A program made the position numbers and the translations under genes. The notes under the pieces are model-generated. The model was given only the letters and a program-made list of their open reading frames with translations. It was not told the origin of the DNA and did not search any database. A stretch of 64,000 nt of DNA from Betaproteobacteria bacterium UBA5216 (GTDB lineage Bacteria; Pseudomonadota; Gammaproteobacteria; Burkholderiales; SG8-41), in NCBI GenBank assembly GCA_002412495.1, contig DHVE01000129.1:45050-109049 (forward strand), written 5' to 3'. Numbering within the stretch: the first letter of the stretch is position 1; every line of letters starts with the position of its first letter. Shown piece after piece: positions 26,027 to 36,160 of this stretch.

Positions 26027-27916
26027 TTAACCGGTCGCCGGCGTTTGACTTGCCGCGGCCGCGGCCAACGCGGCACCCTGCTCAGCGCGCCCCGCCAGGT
26101 ACTGCAAATCCGCCTCGTTCAGCGTTTCCTTTTCCAGCAATTGCCGCGCGCCTGCGTCGAGCGTGGCCCGGCGCGCCCCCAGCACTTCCAGCGCGCGCTG
26201 GAATGCGCGCGCCACCCGTTCGCGCACGGCGCAGTCGATTTCGCGCGCGGTGGCTTCCGAATACGAACGTTGCGAAGGCGGCAGAAAATCCTGACCGAGA
26301 AAAGTGTGCCGTTCCGCTTCATAGGCGACATGGCCGAGTTTTTCGTCCATGCCGTAACGCATGACCATCGAGCGCGCGATATCAGTTACTTTTTGCAGAT
26401 CATCGGCGGCGCCCGTGGACAGCTGCCCGAACGCCAGTTGTTCCGCCGCGCGCCCGCCGAGCAGCACCGTCATTTTGTTTTCAAGTTCCTCGCGCGACAT
26501 CAGGTAACGGTCTTCGGTCGGGCGTTGTATGGTGTACCCCAGCGCACCGATGCCTCGTGGAATAATCGAAATCTTGTGTACCGGGTCCGCCCCCGGCAGG
26601 CTCATCGCCACCAAGGCGTGGCCCATCTCGTGCCACGCCACGGTCTCGCGCTCGCGCGGATTCAGAATGCGGCTTTTCTTTTCCAGCCCGGCAACGATGC
26701 GTTCGATGCCGGCGGTGAAGTCCTGCATCATCACCGCTGCCGTGCCCCTGCGGGTGGCGAGCAACGCCGCCTCGTTCACCAGATTTGCGAGGTCGGCGCC
26801 AGAGAAGCCCGGGGGCATCGCGGCGATCTGGGCGCGCTCCACATCGGATCCCAGCTTCACTTTTTTCAGATGCACATCGAGTATCTGCACGCGGCCGATT
26901 TTGTCGGGCCTGTCCACCAGCACCTGGCGGTCGAAGCGCCCCGCGCGCAGCAGCGCCGGATCCAGTATCTCCGGGCGATTGGTCGCGGCCAGCAGCACCA
27001 GACCCGCGCTGGGATCGAAACCATCCATCTCGGAGAGCAATTGATTCAAGGTCTGTTCCTTCTCATCATGGCCGCTGAGCTGGGCCGCGCCGCGGGCGCG
27101 GCCCAGCGCATCAAGTTCATCGATGAAAATAATCGCCGGCGCCTTGAGCCGCGCCTCGCCGAACAGATCGCGCACGCGCGCCGCGCCCACGCCGACGAAC
27201 ATTTCGACAAACTCCGAGCCGCTGATCGAGAAAAACGGCACGCCCGCCTCGCCCGCCACCGCGCGCGCCAGCAGTGTCTTGCCAGTGCCCGGCGGCCCCA
27301 CGAGCAACACACCCTTGGGTATGCGCCCGCCAAGCCGCCCGTATTCAGCCGGACTCTTGAGAAAGCCGATGACTTCGCGCAATTCCTCCTTGGCTTCATC
27401 CACCCCCGCCACATCGGCAAAGGTCACCTTGGTATCGGTCTCCATGTAGACCTTGGCTTTGCTTTTGCCGATGGCGAGAAACCCGCCACCCAATCCTTGC
27501 TTTTCCGCGAATTGTTTCACCGCAAACATCCAGATCGCAAAGAACACCAGCGCGGGAATCACCCAGCCCAGCAAATCGCGCAGCCACGTGCTTTGAATCA
27601 CGCCACTGAACTTGACGTTGTACTGCGCAAGGTCCTTCGCCAGATCGACTTCGACGCGCGTGGTAACGAACTTCTGCCGCCCATCGGGCAGCGGCGCCAG
27701 CAATTCCCCCTGAATGTGATTGTCGAGTACCGCGATTTCCTTCACTTTTCCCGCTTTGAGCAAAGTAATGAACTCGCTGTACGCCAGCGGCTCCACTTGC
27801 CGGTACTGCTGAAAGGAATGGTTGAGCCAAAGCACCAACACGATCGCGACGATCAGGTACCAAGCAGTGAACTGGGTTTGTTTCGGGACGGCCATGATGT
27901 GTAACGCGTGCGCCAT
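26027..27916 (-). CDS. ftsH: ATP-dependent zinc metalloprotease FtsH (probable second paralog)
   Basis: [28 protein letters not shown] (Walker A), IIFIDELDA, the SRH, and the zinc site [11 protein letters not shown] 27916 is preceded by GGAGGAG. Confidence 0.9.
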   Translation of the reverse strand: MAHALHIMAVPKQTQFTAWYLIVAIVLVLWLNHSFQQYRQVEPLAYSEFITLLKAGKVKEIAVLDNHIQGELLAPLPDGRQKFVTTRVEVDLAKDLAQYNVKFSGVIQSTWLRDLLGWVIPALVFFAIWMFAVKQFAEKQGLGGGFLAIGKSKAKVYMETDTKVTFADVAGVDEAKEELREVIGFLKSPAEYGRLGGRIPKGVLLVGPPGTGKTLLARAVAGEAGVPFFSISGSEFVEMFVGVGAARVRDLFGEARLKAPAIIFIDELDALGRARGAAQLSGHDEKEQTLNQLLSEMDGFDPSAGLVLLAATNRPEILDPALLRAGRFDRQVLVDRPDKIGRVQILDVHLKKVKLGSDVERAQIAAMPPGFSGADLANLVNEAALLATRRGTAAVMMQDFTAGIERIVAGLEKKSRILNPRERETVAWHEMGHALVAMSLPGADPVHKISIIPRGIGALGYTIQRPTEDRYLMSREELENKMTVLLGGRAAEQLAFGQLSTGAADDLQKVTDIARSMVMRYGMDEKLGHVAYEAERHTFLGQDFLPPSQRSYSEATAREIDCAVRERVARAFQRALEVLGARRATLDAGARQLLEKETLNEADLQYLAGRAEQGAALAAAAASQTPATG

Positions 27917-27959
27917 TCTCCTCCAGCGAGGGATGCTATCGGCGTTGACGCTGCCATCA

Positions 27960-27973
27960 CTGATATGGATCAA
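27960..27973. promoter_or_regulatory. FNR-like box CTGATATGGATCAA
   Basis: One mismatch to consensus. It could serve the plus-strand efflux operon (predicted TSS near 28008). Confidence 0.45.
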
Positions 27974-27993
27974 CAGCAGACCGCGATAGGCGC

Positions 27994-28007
27994 TTGATTC
28001 AGGTCAA
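27994..28007. promoter_or_regulatory. FNR-like box TTGATTCAGGTCAA
   Basis: One mismatch to consensus. It predicts a TSS near 27959 and a 43-nt leader for ftsH (minus). Confidence 0.5.
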
Positions 28008-28075
28008 CCCCCGATGGGCTGATTTCGGCTGTAATGGCATCCAGTGACTGCCATCTATTTTCTCTCTTGTAAACA

Positions 28076-29545
28076 ATGCCTTATGCAATTTCACTCAGCG
28101 CACGTCACACAGCCGCCTCGCGTGCCACAGGCATCGTCGTGTTGTTGCTGGGAGGCTGCGCGAACGTCGGACCGGACTATATGGCGCCGCAACTGTCGCT
28201 TCCGGCGCGCTGGTCCGTCACGGTCGCCACCGGCGCCAGTGACACGCGCGCGCTCGCGAGTTGGTGGAAGGCATTTGACGAACCGCTGCTGAGCGATTTG
28301 ATTGAACGCGCGATATCGTTCAATCGCGATCTCGCCCAAGCCGAAGCACGCGTGCGCGAAGCACGCGCCCGGCGTGGCATCAGCGATGCGGATCGCTATC
28401 CAACCATACAATCAAGCGCCAGCGCCACGCACCGGCGCGGCAGCGAGGAAACCGGCAGCGGCAAATCCAGTGAACTCTACTCGGCGGGTCTGGATGCCCG
28501 TTGGGAGCTGGATATCTTCGGCGGCAAACGCCGCGCGCTCGAAGCCGCCAGCGCCAACCTTGAAGCCAGCGAGTACGATTTACGCGATGTGCTGGTGAGT
28601 CTCACAGCCGAAGTGGCGTTGAACTATGTTGATACGCGCGCGTTTCAGGCACGCCTGTCGGTGGCCGATTCAAATCTGCGTGCGCAGAGCGAAACTTTCG
28701 ACATTGCACGCTGGCGCAACGCCGCCGGCCTGACTACCCAACGCGACCTGGAACAAGCGCGGCTGAATCTCGAACAAACCCGCGCGCAGATACCTGCTCT
28801 TCGGAACGGCATCTCGCAGGCCGTCAACCATATTGCCGTGTTAATTGGGCAAAACCCCGGCACGCTCAATGATTTGCTCGGTGCGCCCCGCGCGATACCC
28901 GCCGCGCCGCCGGATGTCGCCTTGGGCGTACCGGCCGAAACCTTGCGCCGCCGGCCTGATGTGCAACGCGCAGAACGTCAACTCGCTACGCAAACCGCGC
29001 AAATAGGCGTGGCCACCGCGGCCCTGTATCCGAACTTTTCACTGATCGGCTCCATCGGCCTGGAAGCGCTGACCGCCGGCCGCCTGCTCACCGCCAGTGC
29101 GCTGGCGACATCCATCGGTGGCAACATCGGCTGGCCGGTATTCGACGCCGGGCGCATCCGCCAGAGCATCGCGGTGCAAACCGCGTTGCAGGAACAGGCG
29201 CTTGGCCGATACGAAGCCGCGATACTCACCGCCTTGCAGGACGTAGAGAACGCGCTGGTCGCCTACGCATCCGAGCAGCAACGCCGTGAAGCGCTTAGCG
29301 CGGCGGCCGCGGCGGCGCGCAATGCCGCCGAACTGGCGCGGCATCAGTACTCGGCGGGCCTGGTGGATTTTCAGGTCGTGCTTGATGCGCAACGATCGCT
29401 GTTGTCCCTTGAGGATCAACTGGCGTCCAGCCATGGCGCCGTGATTTCCAACTTGGTGCGTCTCTATAAGGCACTGGGCGGCGGCTGGACACCGGTGGCA
29501 AGAGATGCCCCTGAACTCACCGACAACTATCATGGCACAAAATAA
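28076..29545 (+). CDS. RND/ABC efflux outer-membrane factor lipoprotein (NodT/OprM family)
   Basis: Lipobox LLLGGCA and two OEP repeats, with the typical ...LYKALGGGW C-terminal motif. Confidence 0.9.
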   Translation: MPYAISLSARHTAASRATGIVVLLLGGCANVGPDYMAPQLSLPARWSVTVATGASDTRALASWWKAFDEPLLSDLIERAISFNRDLAQAEARVREARARRGISDADRYPTIQSSASATHRRGSEETGSGKSSELYSAGLDARWELDIFGGKRRALEAASANLEASEYDLRDVLVSLTAEVALNYVDTRAFQARLSVADSNLRAQSETFDIARWRNAAGLTTQRDLEQARLNLEQTRAQIPALRNGISQAVNHIAVLIGQNPGTLNDLLGAPRAIPAAPPDVALGVPAETLRRRPDVQRAERQLATQTAQIGVATAALYPNFSLIGSIGLEALTAGRLLTASALATSIGGNIGWPVFDAGRIRQSIAVQTALQEQALGRYEAAILTALQDVENALVAYASEQQRREALSAAAAAARNAAELARHQYSAGLVDFQVVLDAQRSLLSLEDQLASSHGAVISNLVRLYKALGGGWTPVARDAPELTDNYHGTK

Positions 29546-30830
29546 CAACGCCGAACGCGCGGACATCGCGCTGTCCCTCGGACTGGGAGCGAACGCCACG
29601 CGCACGCGGCACTGGAAACACTGGCTGGGCTGGACCTTTCTGGTGATCGCCTTTGCCGCCGGCGCACTGTGGTGGATGAGCCGCGACACCAGCAGCGCCG
29701 TGCAATACCGCACGCAGCCGGCGAAGCGCGGCGAGATCACCATCAGCGTCACCGCTACCGGCAATTTGCAGCCGATCAATCAAGTGGATGTCGGCAGCGA
29801 ACTTTCGGGAATCATCAAGAGCGTGGAAGCCGATTTCAATAGCCAGGTGAAAGCCGGCCAGGTGCTGGCGCGGTTGGACACCGCCAAACTTGAAGCGCTA
29901 CGCCAGCAATTGCAGGCCGCGGTCGCGGCCGCGCAAGCCAGGGTATTACAAACGCAGGCCACCATCGCCGAAGCGAACGGCCAGCTCGCACGGCTGCGAC
30001 ACGTGCATGAACTGAGCGGCGGTAAAGTGCCGTCGTTACAGGATATCGATGCCGCCGATGCCGCGCTAAAGCGCGCGCAGGCCGATGAAGCCAACGCCAG
30101 AGCCGCCGTGGCGCAAGCGCAGGCGAGCCTGCATGCGAGCGAAACCGATCTGGCAAAAGCCGTAATCCGCGCGCCGATCAATGGCATCGTCTTAAAGCGC
30201 GCGGTCGAGCCCGGCCAGACCGTGGCCGCGAGTTTGCAGGCGCCGGTGCTGTTTACGCTGGCGGAAAATCTCACGCAAATGGAGTTGCACGTTAACGTCG
30301 ATGAAGCCGATGTCGGCAAGGTGGCGGCAGGCCAACACGCCACGTTCAGTGTCGATGCCTATCCCGACCGCACCTATCCCGCGCGCATTACCGAGGTTCG
30401 CTACGGCTCGCAGACCGTGCAAGGCGTGGTGACCTACGAAGCGCTGCTCAACGCCGACAATGCCGATCTGTCGCTGCGGCCCGGTATGACGGCAACGGCA
30501 GACATCACGGTAAAGAAAATCGAAAACGTGCTGCTGGTGCCGAATGCCGCGCTGCGTTTCACGCCGCCGGCGGCACATGATCAGGCGGCGACCGGCGGCG
30601 GCAGCCTGCTGACCAAACTCTTGCCGCGTCCGCCCCGATCCGCCAGCAAGAAAGGCGACGCGGCAAGCGGCGCAAGAAGACGCCAGGTGGTATGGACGCT
30701 CAGCGAAGGACAGCCCATCGCCATCGCGGTGAAGACCGGATCGACCGATGGCGCGATGACGGAAATCGTTGACGGCAAGATCGAGGCCGGCGTGGAGGTG
30801 CTGGTGGATACGATTGCGCCGAAAAAGTAG
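29532..30830 (+). CDS. macA: MacA-like periplasmic adaptor (HlyD/MFP family)
   Basis: N-terminal TM helix, long coiled-coil hairpin, and ...IRAPINGIVLKRAVEPGQTV lipoyl/beta-barrel motifs. It overlaps the OMF stop by 14 nt. Confidence 0.85.
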   Translation: MAQNNNAERADIALSLGLGANATRTRHWKHWLGWTFLVIAFAAGALWWMSRDTSSAVQYRTQPAKRGEITISVTATGNLQPINQVDVGSELSGIIKSVEADFNSQVKAGQVLARLDTAKLEALRQQLQAAVAAAQARVLQTQATIAEANGQLARLRHVHELSGGKVPSLQDIDAADAALKRAQADEANARAAVAQAQASLHASETDLAKAVIRAPINGIVLKRAVEPGQTVAASLQAPVLFTLAENLTQMELHVNVDEADVGKVAAGQHATFSVDAYPDRTYPARITEVRYGSQTVQGVVTYEALLNADNADLSLRPGMTATADITVKKIENVLLVPNAALRFTPPAAHDQAATGGGSLLTKLLPRPPRSASKKGDAASGARRRQVVWTLSEGQPIAIAVKTGSTDGAMTEIVDGKIEAGVEVLVDTIAPKK

Positions 30831-30862
30831 AGTGTATGACGGCAACCAATACATCCGCCCCC

Positions 30863-30942
30863 GTCGTTCCCGCGCAGACGGGTATCCATAAGCCGTTTCA
30901 AGCGGCTCGTGTGTTATGGGTTCGCGCCTGCGCGGGAACGAC
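30863..30942. repeat. REP/MITE-like palindromic element (PRLRGND-type)
   Basis: 29-bp arms GTCGTTCCCGCGCAGACGGGTATCCATAA / TTATGGGTTCGCGCCTGCGCGGGAACGAC (25/29 complementary) around a 22-bp spacer with its own GCCG...CGGC stem. It sits between macA and macB. Confidence 0.7.
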
Positions 30943-30984
30943 AGTACCGGTTTGACGCGCGCATTCTTGCCTGGCGATTGCCCC

Positions 30985-31704
30985 ATGTCCGAATCTCCGC
31001 TCATTGCACTCGCCGGCGTCACCAAAATATTCGGCGCGGGCGCCGCTTCGATGCAGGCTTTGCGCGGCGTCAATCTCACCATCAATGCAGGCGAATTCGT
31101 GGCCATCATGGGGCCGAGCGGCTCGGGCAAATCGACTTGCATGAATATACTGGGCTGCCTCGATACGCCAAGCAGCGGCAGCTATCGATTCAAGGGCGTC
31201 GATGTGGGTGCGCTCGAACGCGATCAGCGCGCGCGGCTGCGGCGCCATTATCTGGGTTTTGTGTTTCAGGGCTACAACCTGCTTTCGCGCACCTCGGCGC
31301 TGGAAAACGTGGAGTTGCCGCTGATCTATCGTGGCGCGCCCGCGAATGAGCGCCATGCGCGCGCCGAACGGGCGCTCGCCGCCGTCGGACTCGGCGGCTG
31401 GGCCGATCACACACCCAGCGAACTTTCCGGCGGTCAGCAGCAGCGCGTAGCCATCGCGCGCGCCATCGTCACCGAACCGGCGGTGCTGCTGGCCGATGAA
31501 CCCACCGGCAATCTTGATTCGGCGCGTGGGCGCGAAATCATGGAACTGCTGACGACCTTTAACCGCGATCAGGGCATCACCATCGTGATGGTGACGCACG
31601 AGCCGGACATGGCCGCCTACGCGCGGCGCGTGGTGCGCTTTTTCGACGGAGTGGTGGCCTCGGACGAACAGCGCACGGCGCAAGCACTCGCGGAGCCCGC
31701 CTGA
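30985..31704 (+). CDS. macB: MacB-type ABC transporter ATP-binding protein
   Basis: Walker A GPSGSGKST, signature LSGGQQQRVAIARA, Walker B LLADEPTGNLD. Start trimmed to ATG 30985; the upstream part of the track ORF reads through the REP element. Confidence 0.9.
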   Translation: MSESPLIALAGVTKIFGAGAASMQALRGVNLTINAGEFVAIMGPSGSGKSTCMNILGCLDTPSSGSYRFKGVDVGALERDQRARLRRHYLGFVFQGYNLLSRTSALENVELPLIYRGAPANERHARAERALAAVGLGGWADHTPSELSGGQQQRVAIARAIVTEPAVLLADEPTGNLDSARGREIMELLTTFNRDQGITIVMVTHEPDMAAYARRVVRFFDGVVASDEQRTAQALAEPA

Positions 31705-32909
31705 TGTTGTGGAACGCCCTGCTGCTAGCCCTGCGCGAATTGCGGCGCAATGTGATGCGTTCGTTTTTGACGATTCTGGGCATCGTCATCGGCGTGGCCG
31801 CGGTGATCACCATGGTAACCATCGGCGGCGGTGCCACGTTGCAAGTCACGCAACAAGTGGCAAGCCTCGGCAGCAATCTCTTGATGATTCGCACCGGCCA
31901 GCGCATGGGGCCCGGTGGCGGCGGAGGCGGCGTGGCCTTCAGACTGGCGGACGCCGATGCCATCGCGCGCGACGTCGGCGCGCTCGCGGGCGTGGCGGCC
32001 TCCGCCTCGCAAAATCAGACCGCGATCGTCGGCAACGAAAGCTGGTCCACGCAAGTCACCGGCGTGGATAACCAGTTCTTCGTCGTGCGCAACTGGAGCG
32101 TGGCGTCAGGGCGGCAATTCATCGACAGCGAACTGCGCGCGGGCAAGGCTGTGTGCGTGATCGGCGCCACCGTGCGCGCCAAGCTGTTCGGCGCGGCCGA
32201 GCCGCTGGGCAACAATCTGCGATTGCAGAAACTTTCGTGTCAGGTGATCGGCGTGCTGGAGGCCAAGGGCCAGAGCACCATGGGCAGCGATCAGGACGAT
32301 CTGGTACTGCTGCCATTGCGCACGTTTCAGCGGCGTATTTCCGGCAATCAGGACGTGCGCCTGATCCAAGTGTCGGTACAGGAAGGCGCTTCGACCGAAA
32401 AAGCGCAGGCCGATATTGAACGGCTGCTGCGCGAACGACGCCACATCGCCGGCAGCAAGGAGGATGACTTCAACGTGATGGACATGAAGGAAATCACGCG
32501 CATGCTCACTGGCACCACGCAGGTATTGACCGCGTTGCTCGGCGCGGTGGCGGCGGTCAGCCTGCTGGTGGGCGGCATCGGCATCATGAACATCATGCTG
32601 GTGTCGGTGACCGAACGCACGCGGGAGATCGGCATACGGCTCGCCATTGGCGCGGTAGAGCGCGAGGTGCTGACGCAATTTCTGGTGGAAGCCGTGGTGC
32701 TTTCGTCGTTCGGCGGCGTAATCGGCATCGCGCTCGCCATCGCTGGCTCGTGGGGACTCACCGTTTATCTGGAAGTGCCCTATGTACTCAACCCCGCGAT
32801 CATAGTCATCGCGTTCCTGTTTTCAGCGGCGGTGGGCGTGATCTTCGGCTACTTTCCGGCGCGCAAGGCAGCGCGGCTGGATCCGATCGAGGCGCTACGG
32901 CATGAATGA
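31704..32909 (+). CDS. MacB-type ABC transporter permease (MacB_PCD + FtsX domains)
   Basis: MRSFLTILGIVIGVAAVI...GGIGIMNIMLVSVTERTREIGIRLAIGA...PARKAARLDPIEALRHE. The ATG overlaps the upstream stop. Confidence 0.9.
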   Translation: MLWNALLLALRELRRNVMRSFLTILGIVIGVAAVITMVTIGGGATLQVTQQVASLGSNLLMIRTGQRMGPGGGGGGVAFRLADADAIARDVGALAGVAASASQNQTAIVGNESWSTQVTGVDNQFFVVRNWSVASGRQFIDSELRAGKAVCVIGATVRAKLFGAAEPLGNNLRLQKLSCQVIGVLEAKGQSTMGSDQDDLVLLPLRTFQRRISGNQDVRLIQVSVQEGASTEKAQADIERLLRERRHIAGSKEDDFNVMDMKEITRMLTGTTQVLTALLGAVAAVSLLVGGIGIMNIMLVSVTERTREIGIRLAIGAVEREVLTQFLVEAVVLSSFGGVIGIALAIAGSWGLTVYLEVPYVLNPAIIVIAFLFSAAVGVIFGYFPARKAARLDPIEALRHE

Positions 32910-33080
32910 TTATTGTTTAAAAACAATAACTTATGTAATTCCGATGATTCGCCAGTCATTTTATACGCGTCAGCTTGTTCGACGGCCGCACGTTCCGCCA
33001 CTTCTTCCGCGGCGGATTCGTTGCTGCCGGTGGTTCCCGGTTTCACTTTCCGTATTGTTGCTCCTCGTAACGGGGTGGAC

Positions 33081-35045
33081 TCAATGCGGGCCACCCGCCT
33101 TGCCTTGTGTGGATGGCTTGCCCTGCAACGGCGGCCTGCTCTCGCCTTCACTTCGCCGCGAAAACATTTCGTTGGCCGGTCTGCCGGGCAGCGCACGCGG
33201 CGGCGGTGCCGCAACCGAGGGCGCTGCCGCGCGAGGCGCTGGCCGCATTTCACCCTTGGGTATGTTGGATGGCGCTGGATGAGCCGCGGGCGGACGCACA
33301 TCAGCGGGCGGCGGCACGCGTGGCGTTACCGGCGACACAGGACGACGCTGCGTGGACGGCACACCGGCGGCAGGTGGTGCGGGATGTTGCGGCACTGGCT
33401 GACGGACGGCAGGCGGCATGACACGGGGAGCGTCGAAGCGCGGCGATGGCGATGGACGAGGACGTTCCATGCCTTTTTCTCCGAATGCCGGTCGCGGCAG
33501 CGCTACGTCGCTTTGAGGACGTTGCGGTGGCGCAACGATATGCGGTTCAGGCGCGCCGCCACGCCGCTGGCTTGCAGGCGCTTGCGGCCATGGTAATGGC
33601 GCCTCGCGCGGCGGACGCGTGGCGACCACGGGGCGCGAGGAAACAGCCGCGGGCGGCCGAACCGTATTGCCGTGCGCGGGCGCGAGACTGCCGGGGCCCG
33701 GCCGTACGGGATGCGCATCGTGAATCGGTTCGATGTCACCGTGCTCGACCGGCGAGAACTGCGTTACCCGTATCGGGCCGCGACCGAATTGTTGTTCGCT
33801 GGCCGCGATATGCGCGCGCGGCGTTTTGGTGTGTTCGTAAATAATCGTATTCACGTTGACGACTGCCGTGCGGTCGATCTTGATGTGATTGACCACCCGT
33901 GGACCGCCCCAGCCGCCCCACCAAGGCTGACCGATGAATCCAGGGCGTCCCCACCAGGGGCGCAGCGGTTCACCCCAGCCCAGCGCGACCCAACCAATCG
34001 CCGGCAAGCCTATTCCGATGCGCACCGAGGCATTGTGACTGAGGCCAAAAAACGCCACCAGAGCAGGCGCGTAAATCGCACGCGCGATGACCGGACCCGG
34101 TGCCCACGCCCAACGGCCATTGATAAATATCCAGCGGCCATAATGAAACGGCGCCCAACCCCAGGGTGCGTCATCGACCCACGTCCAGCCATAGATGACA
34201 TCCCACATCCATGATCCCGAGCTGTACGGCGCCCAGCCCGGCGCGACTCTGTCCGGCACCCATATCGCCCCGTAATCGGGCGCTACTCGCCATGATCCCC
34301 AATCGTCGAGCGCGCCGATGCCGTAAACCCCGGGAGACACATAGCGCGCGCCTTGCGCTTCGATCTCGTGATCCGTGCGCGCGTAATTCCATCGGTCCCA
34401 CGCATCGGGCTGCGGCGCCGCGTAGGTTTCAAGCGCTGGCGAGGCGATGCCCCGCACGATGAGTTCTTCACTGGGCGCGAGAGTTTGCGGCGCGCGCCCG
34501 GCAACTGTGACCGTCGAACGTCCGCCGCGCCGCGACACAAAATGCGTGCTTTCGCCCACCACCTCCGCGCGGTAGTAGCCGGGATGTTCGATGGTAAAAA
34601 TGGCGTTCGGCGTACCCAACTCGACCGTTACGCCGTTCGGCAACGCGCGCAGATCAAGCGACGCCCGCCCCGCCGTCAAACTGAATTGCATGAAATCGGG
34701 ATCGAAATTACCGAGCCCGAGCCGTGTGTTTTCCTGCGCGCGGACGAACGCGCGCGGGCCGACCTGAATTTCGACAGTCGCCCGCGCGCCGGTATACACT
34801 GCATCGCCCGCGGCAAGCGGCGTATTCACCCGAGCCGGCGCCCAATCTTCCGCGCCCGGCCGCCAGAAGGACACGCTGCCTTCGATGTAACTTAGCCGCG
34901 ACGGCGTGAGTTCCATCGCCGACGATTCGGTTGCTTCGGCGCCCGTCGCAACACGACTGGCCATCACGCTTGCTATTGTGATCAACATCAGCAGACATGT
35001 TTTGAAGCATTGCCAACGCATGACACGATTCGATTGAGGCTGCAT
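33081..35045 (-). CDS. Exported FecR-like domain protein with WxxGxW-rich middle region and ~230-aa proline-rich tail
   Basis: ATG 35045 follows GGAGGA. Signal peptide ...LMLITIASVMASRVATGAEA. FecR-like ...AGDAVYTGARATVEIQ... Then Trp/Gly/Pro repeats (WGWAPFHYGRWIFINGRWAWAPGP) and a low-complexity Pro/Ala/Arg C-terminus. Confidence 0.6.
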   Translation of the reverse strand: MQPQSNRVMRWQCFKTCLLMLITIASVMASRVATGAEATESSAMELTPSRLSYIEGSVSFWRPGAEDWAPARVNTPLAAGDAVYTGARATVEIQVGPRAFVRAQENTRLGLGNFDPDFMQFSLTAGRASLDLRALPNGVTVELGTPNAIFTIEHPGYYRAEVVGESTHFVSRRGGRSTVTVAGRAPQTLAPSEELIVRGIASPALETYAAPQPDAWDRWNYARTDHEIEAQGARYVSPGVYGIGALDDWGSWRVAPDYGAIWVPDRVAPGWAPYSSGSWMWDVIYGWTWVDDAPWGWAPFHYGRWIFINGRWAWAPGPVIARAIYAPALVAFFGLSHNASVRIGIGLPAIGWVALGWGEPLRPWWGRPGFIGQPWWGGWGGPRVVNHIKIDRTAVVNVNTIIYEHTKTPRAHIAASEQQFGRGPIRVTQFSPVEHGDIEPIHDAHPVRPGPGSLAPAHGNTVRPPAAVSSRPVVATRPPREAPLPWPQAPASQRRGGAPEPHIVAPPQRPQSDVALPRPAFGEKGMERPRPSPSPRFDAPRVMPPAVRQPVPQHPAPPAAGVPSTQRRPVSPVTPRVPPPADVRPPAAHPAPSNIPKGEMRPAPRAAAPSVAAPPPRALPGRPANEMFSRRSEGESRPPLQGKPSTQGKAGGPH

Positions 35046-35334
35046 CGGGGGCGTCCTCCAAAATACAGATCTATCAACTATGGCCGCGCGGCATCGTTGC
35101 ATCTTGCGTTGGATCAACGTATCGGCGTGCCGTACGGCAGGTGCTCAGGGATGACGCTTTGGGCCCACTATCGGCCTTATGGTCAAGGACAACACACGCG
35201 TACTCCAGCGAAACATTGCCAGCGAGACACTACCCGCGGGCAACCGGCGGCTCGAATTGCTTATGGGGCAAACTCGACAATGTGCCAATCATCCCAAACA
35301 ATGATTATTTGACGCCAGAAATTGAGCGACCGCA

Positions 35335-35348
35335 TTGATATTTGTCAA
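35335..35348. promoter_or_regulatory. FNR-like box TTGATATTTGTCAA
   Basis: One mismatch to consensus. It predicts a TSS near 35383 and a 30-nt leader to ATG 35413. Confidence 0.5.
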
Positions 35349-35412
35349 AACCGCGCCCTATCTCACGTGAGTAAATTCGCGTCATCGTAGGCAGGTTTCA
35401 CTGGGAACCGTC

Positions 35413-35949
35413 ATGAAAAAAGTTGCGTTGCCGCTCGGCAAAGTCTATGGCTTGATCGAACCCGGGCCGGTGATACTACTGACCACCCTGCGCAAAGACC
35501 GTCCCAATGTGATGCCCCTGTCGTGGCACACCATGCTCGAATTCGAGCCACCGCTGATTGCCTGCGTGGTAAGCGACCGCAATTACAGCTTTGACCTGTT
35601 GCGCAAAACCAAGGAATGCGTCATCAACATTCCTACGGCCACGCTAGCGAAAAAAGTCGTGGGGTGCGGCAATACCTCTGGTGCAACCACGGATAAGTTC
35701 CAGACCTTCCAACTGACAGCCAGGAGCGCCCGGCGCGTCATCGCTCCGCTCATCGACGAGTGCTACGCCAATCTGGAGTGCCGCGTGGTGGATACCCGGA
35801 TGGTAGCCAAGTATGGTCTGTTTATTCTGGAAGTGCTGGCGGCCTGGATCGATCCCAAAGTGAAAAATCCCCGCACCCTGCATCATCGAGGCAACGGCCA
35901 TTTCATGATCGCCGGCGACACCCTAGCGTTACGCTCCCGCATGAAATAA
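35413..35949 (+). CDS. Flavin reductase-like FMN-binding split-barrel protein
   Basis: PGPVILLTT...PNVMPLSWHTMLEFEPPLIACVVSDRNYSFDLL...ECVINIPT. Confidence 0.8.
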   Translation: MKKVALPLGKVYGLIEPGPVILLTTLRKDRPNVMPLSWHTMLEFEPPLIACVVSDRNYSFDLLRKTKECVINIPTATLAKKVVGCGNTSGATTDKFQTFQLTARSARRVIAPLIDECYANLECRVVDTRMVAKYGLFILEVLAAWIDPKVKNPRTLHHRGNGHFMIAGDTLALRSRMK

Positions 35950-36083
35950 AAAAAATTATTCGTTTATAAACAGCCGCTTACACTTTACTCCCGCATGCCC
36001 CCTAACTGCCTGATGCAGTTCTGTTAAGACCTAGCCGCGAGCTTGCGGTGCGCCCTCGTCACCATCCGCACACGCGGGAATCA

Positions 36084-36097
36084 TTGCGCTAGATCAA
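36084..36097. promoter_or_regulatory. Degenerate FNR-like box TTGCGCTAGATCAA
   Basis: One perfect half-site and one 3/5 half-site, the same shape as the focA-proximal box. It predicts a TSS near 36132. Confidence 0.35.
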
Positions 36098-36160
36098 GGA
36101 TCGTCATGCGCCGCCCTGTAGTCTGGATGCCGCTCGTCAACTTACGAAGCGCGAAATCTT

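Noticed and set aside
26045-27904. 619-aa plus-strand ORF, and similar long antisense ORFs (3614-4591, 7734-8828, 20459-21661, 24091-25338, 46581-47468, 48612-49664, 57678-58619, 61574-62422, 9684-10475, 30192-31142)
   Set aside because: All lie opposite genes with unambiguous family motifs (FtsH, FNR, MgtC/CbpA, COG2403, Lon, FNT/NrdJ, CcoG, CcoN and others). They are Arg/His/Gln/Pro-rich with no recognisable domains, which is the typical shadow-ORF signature of high-GC DNA.
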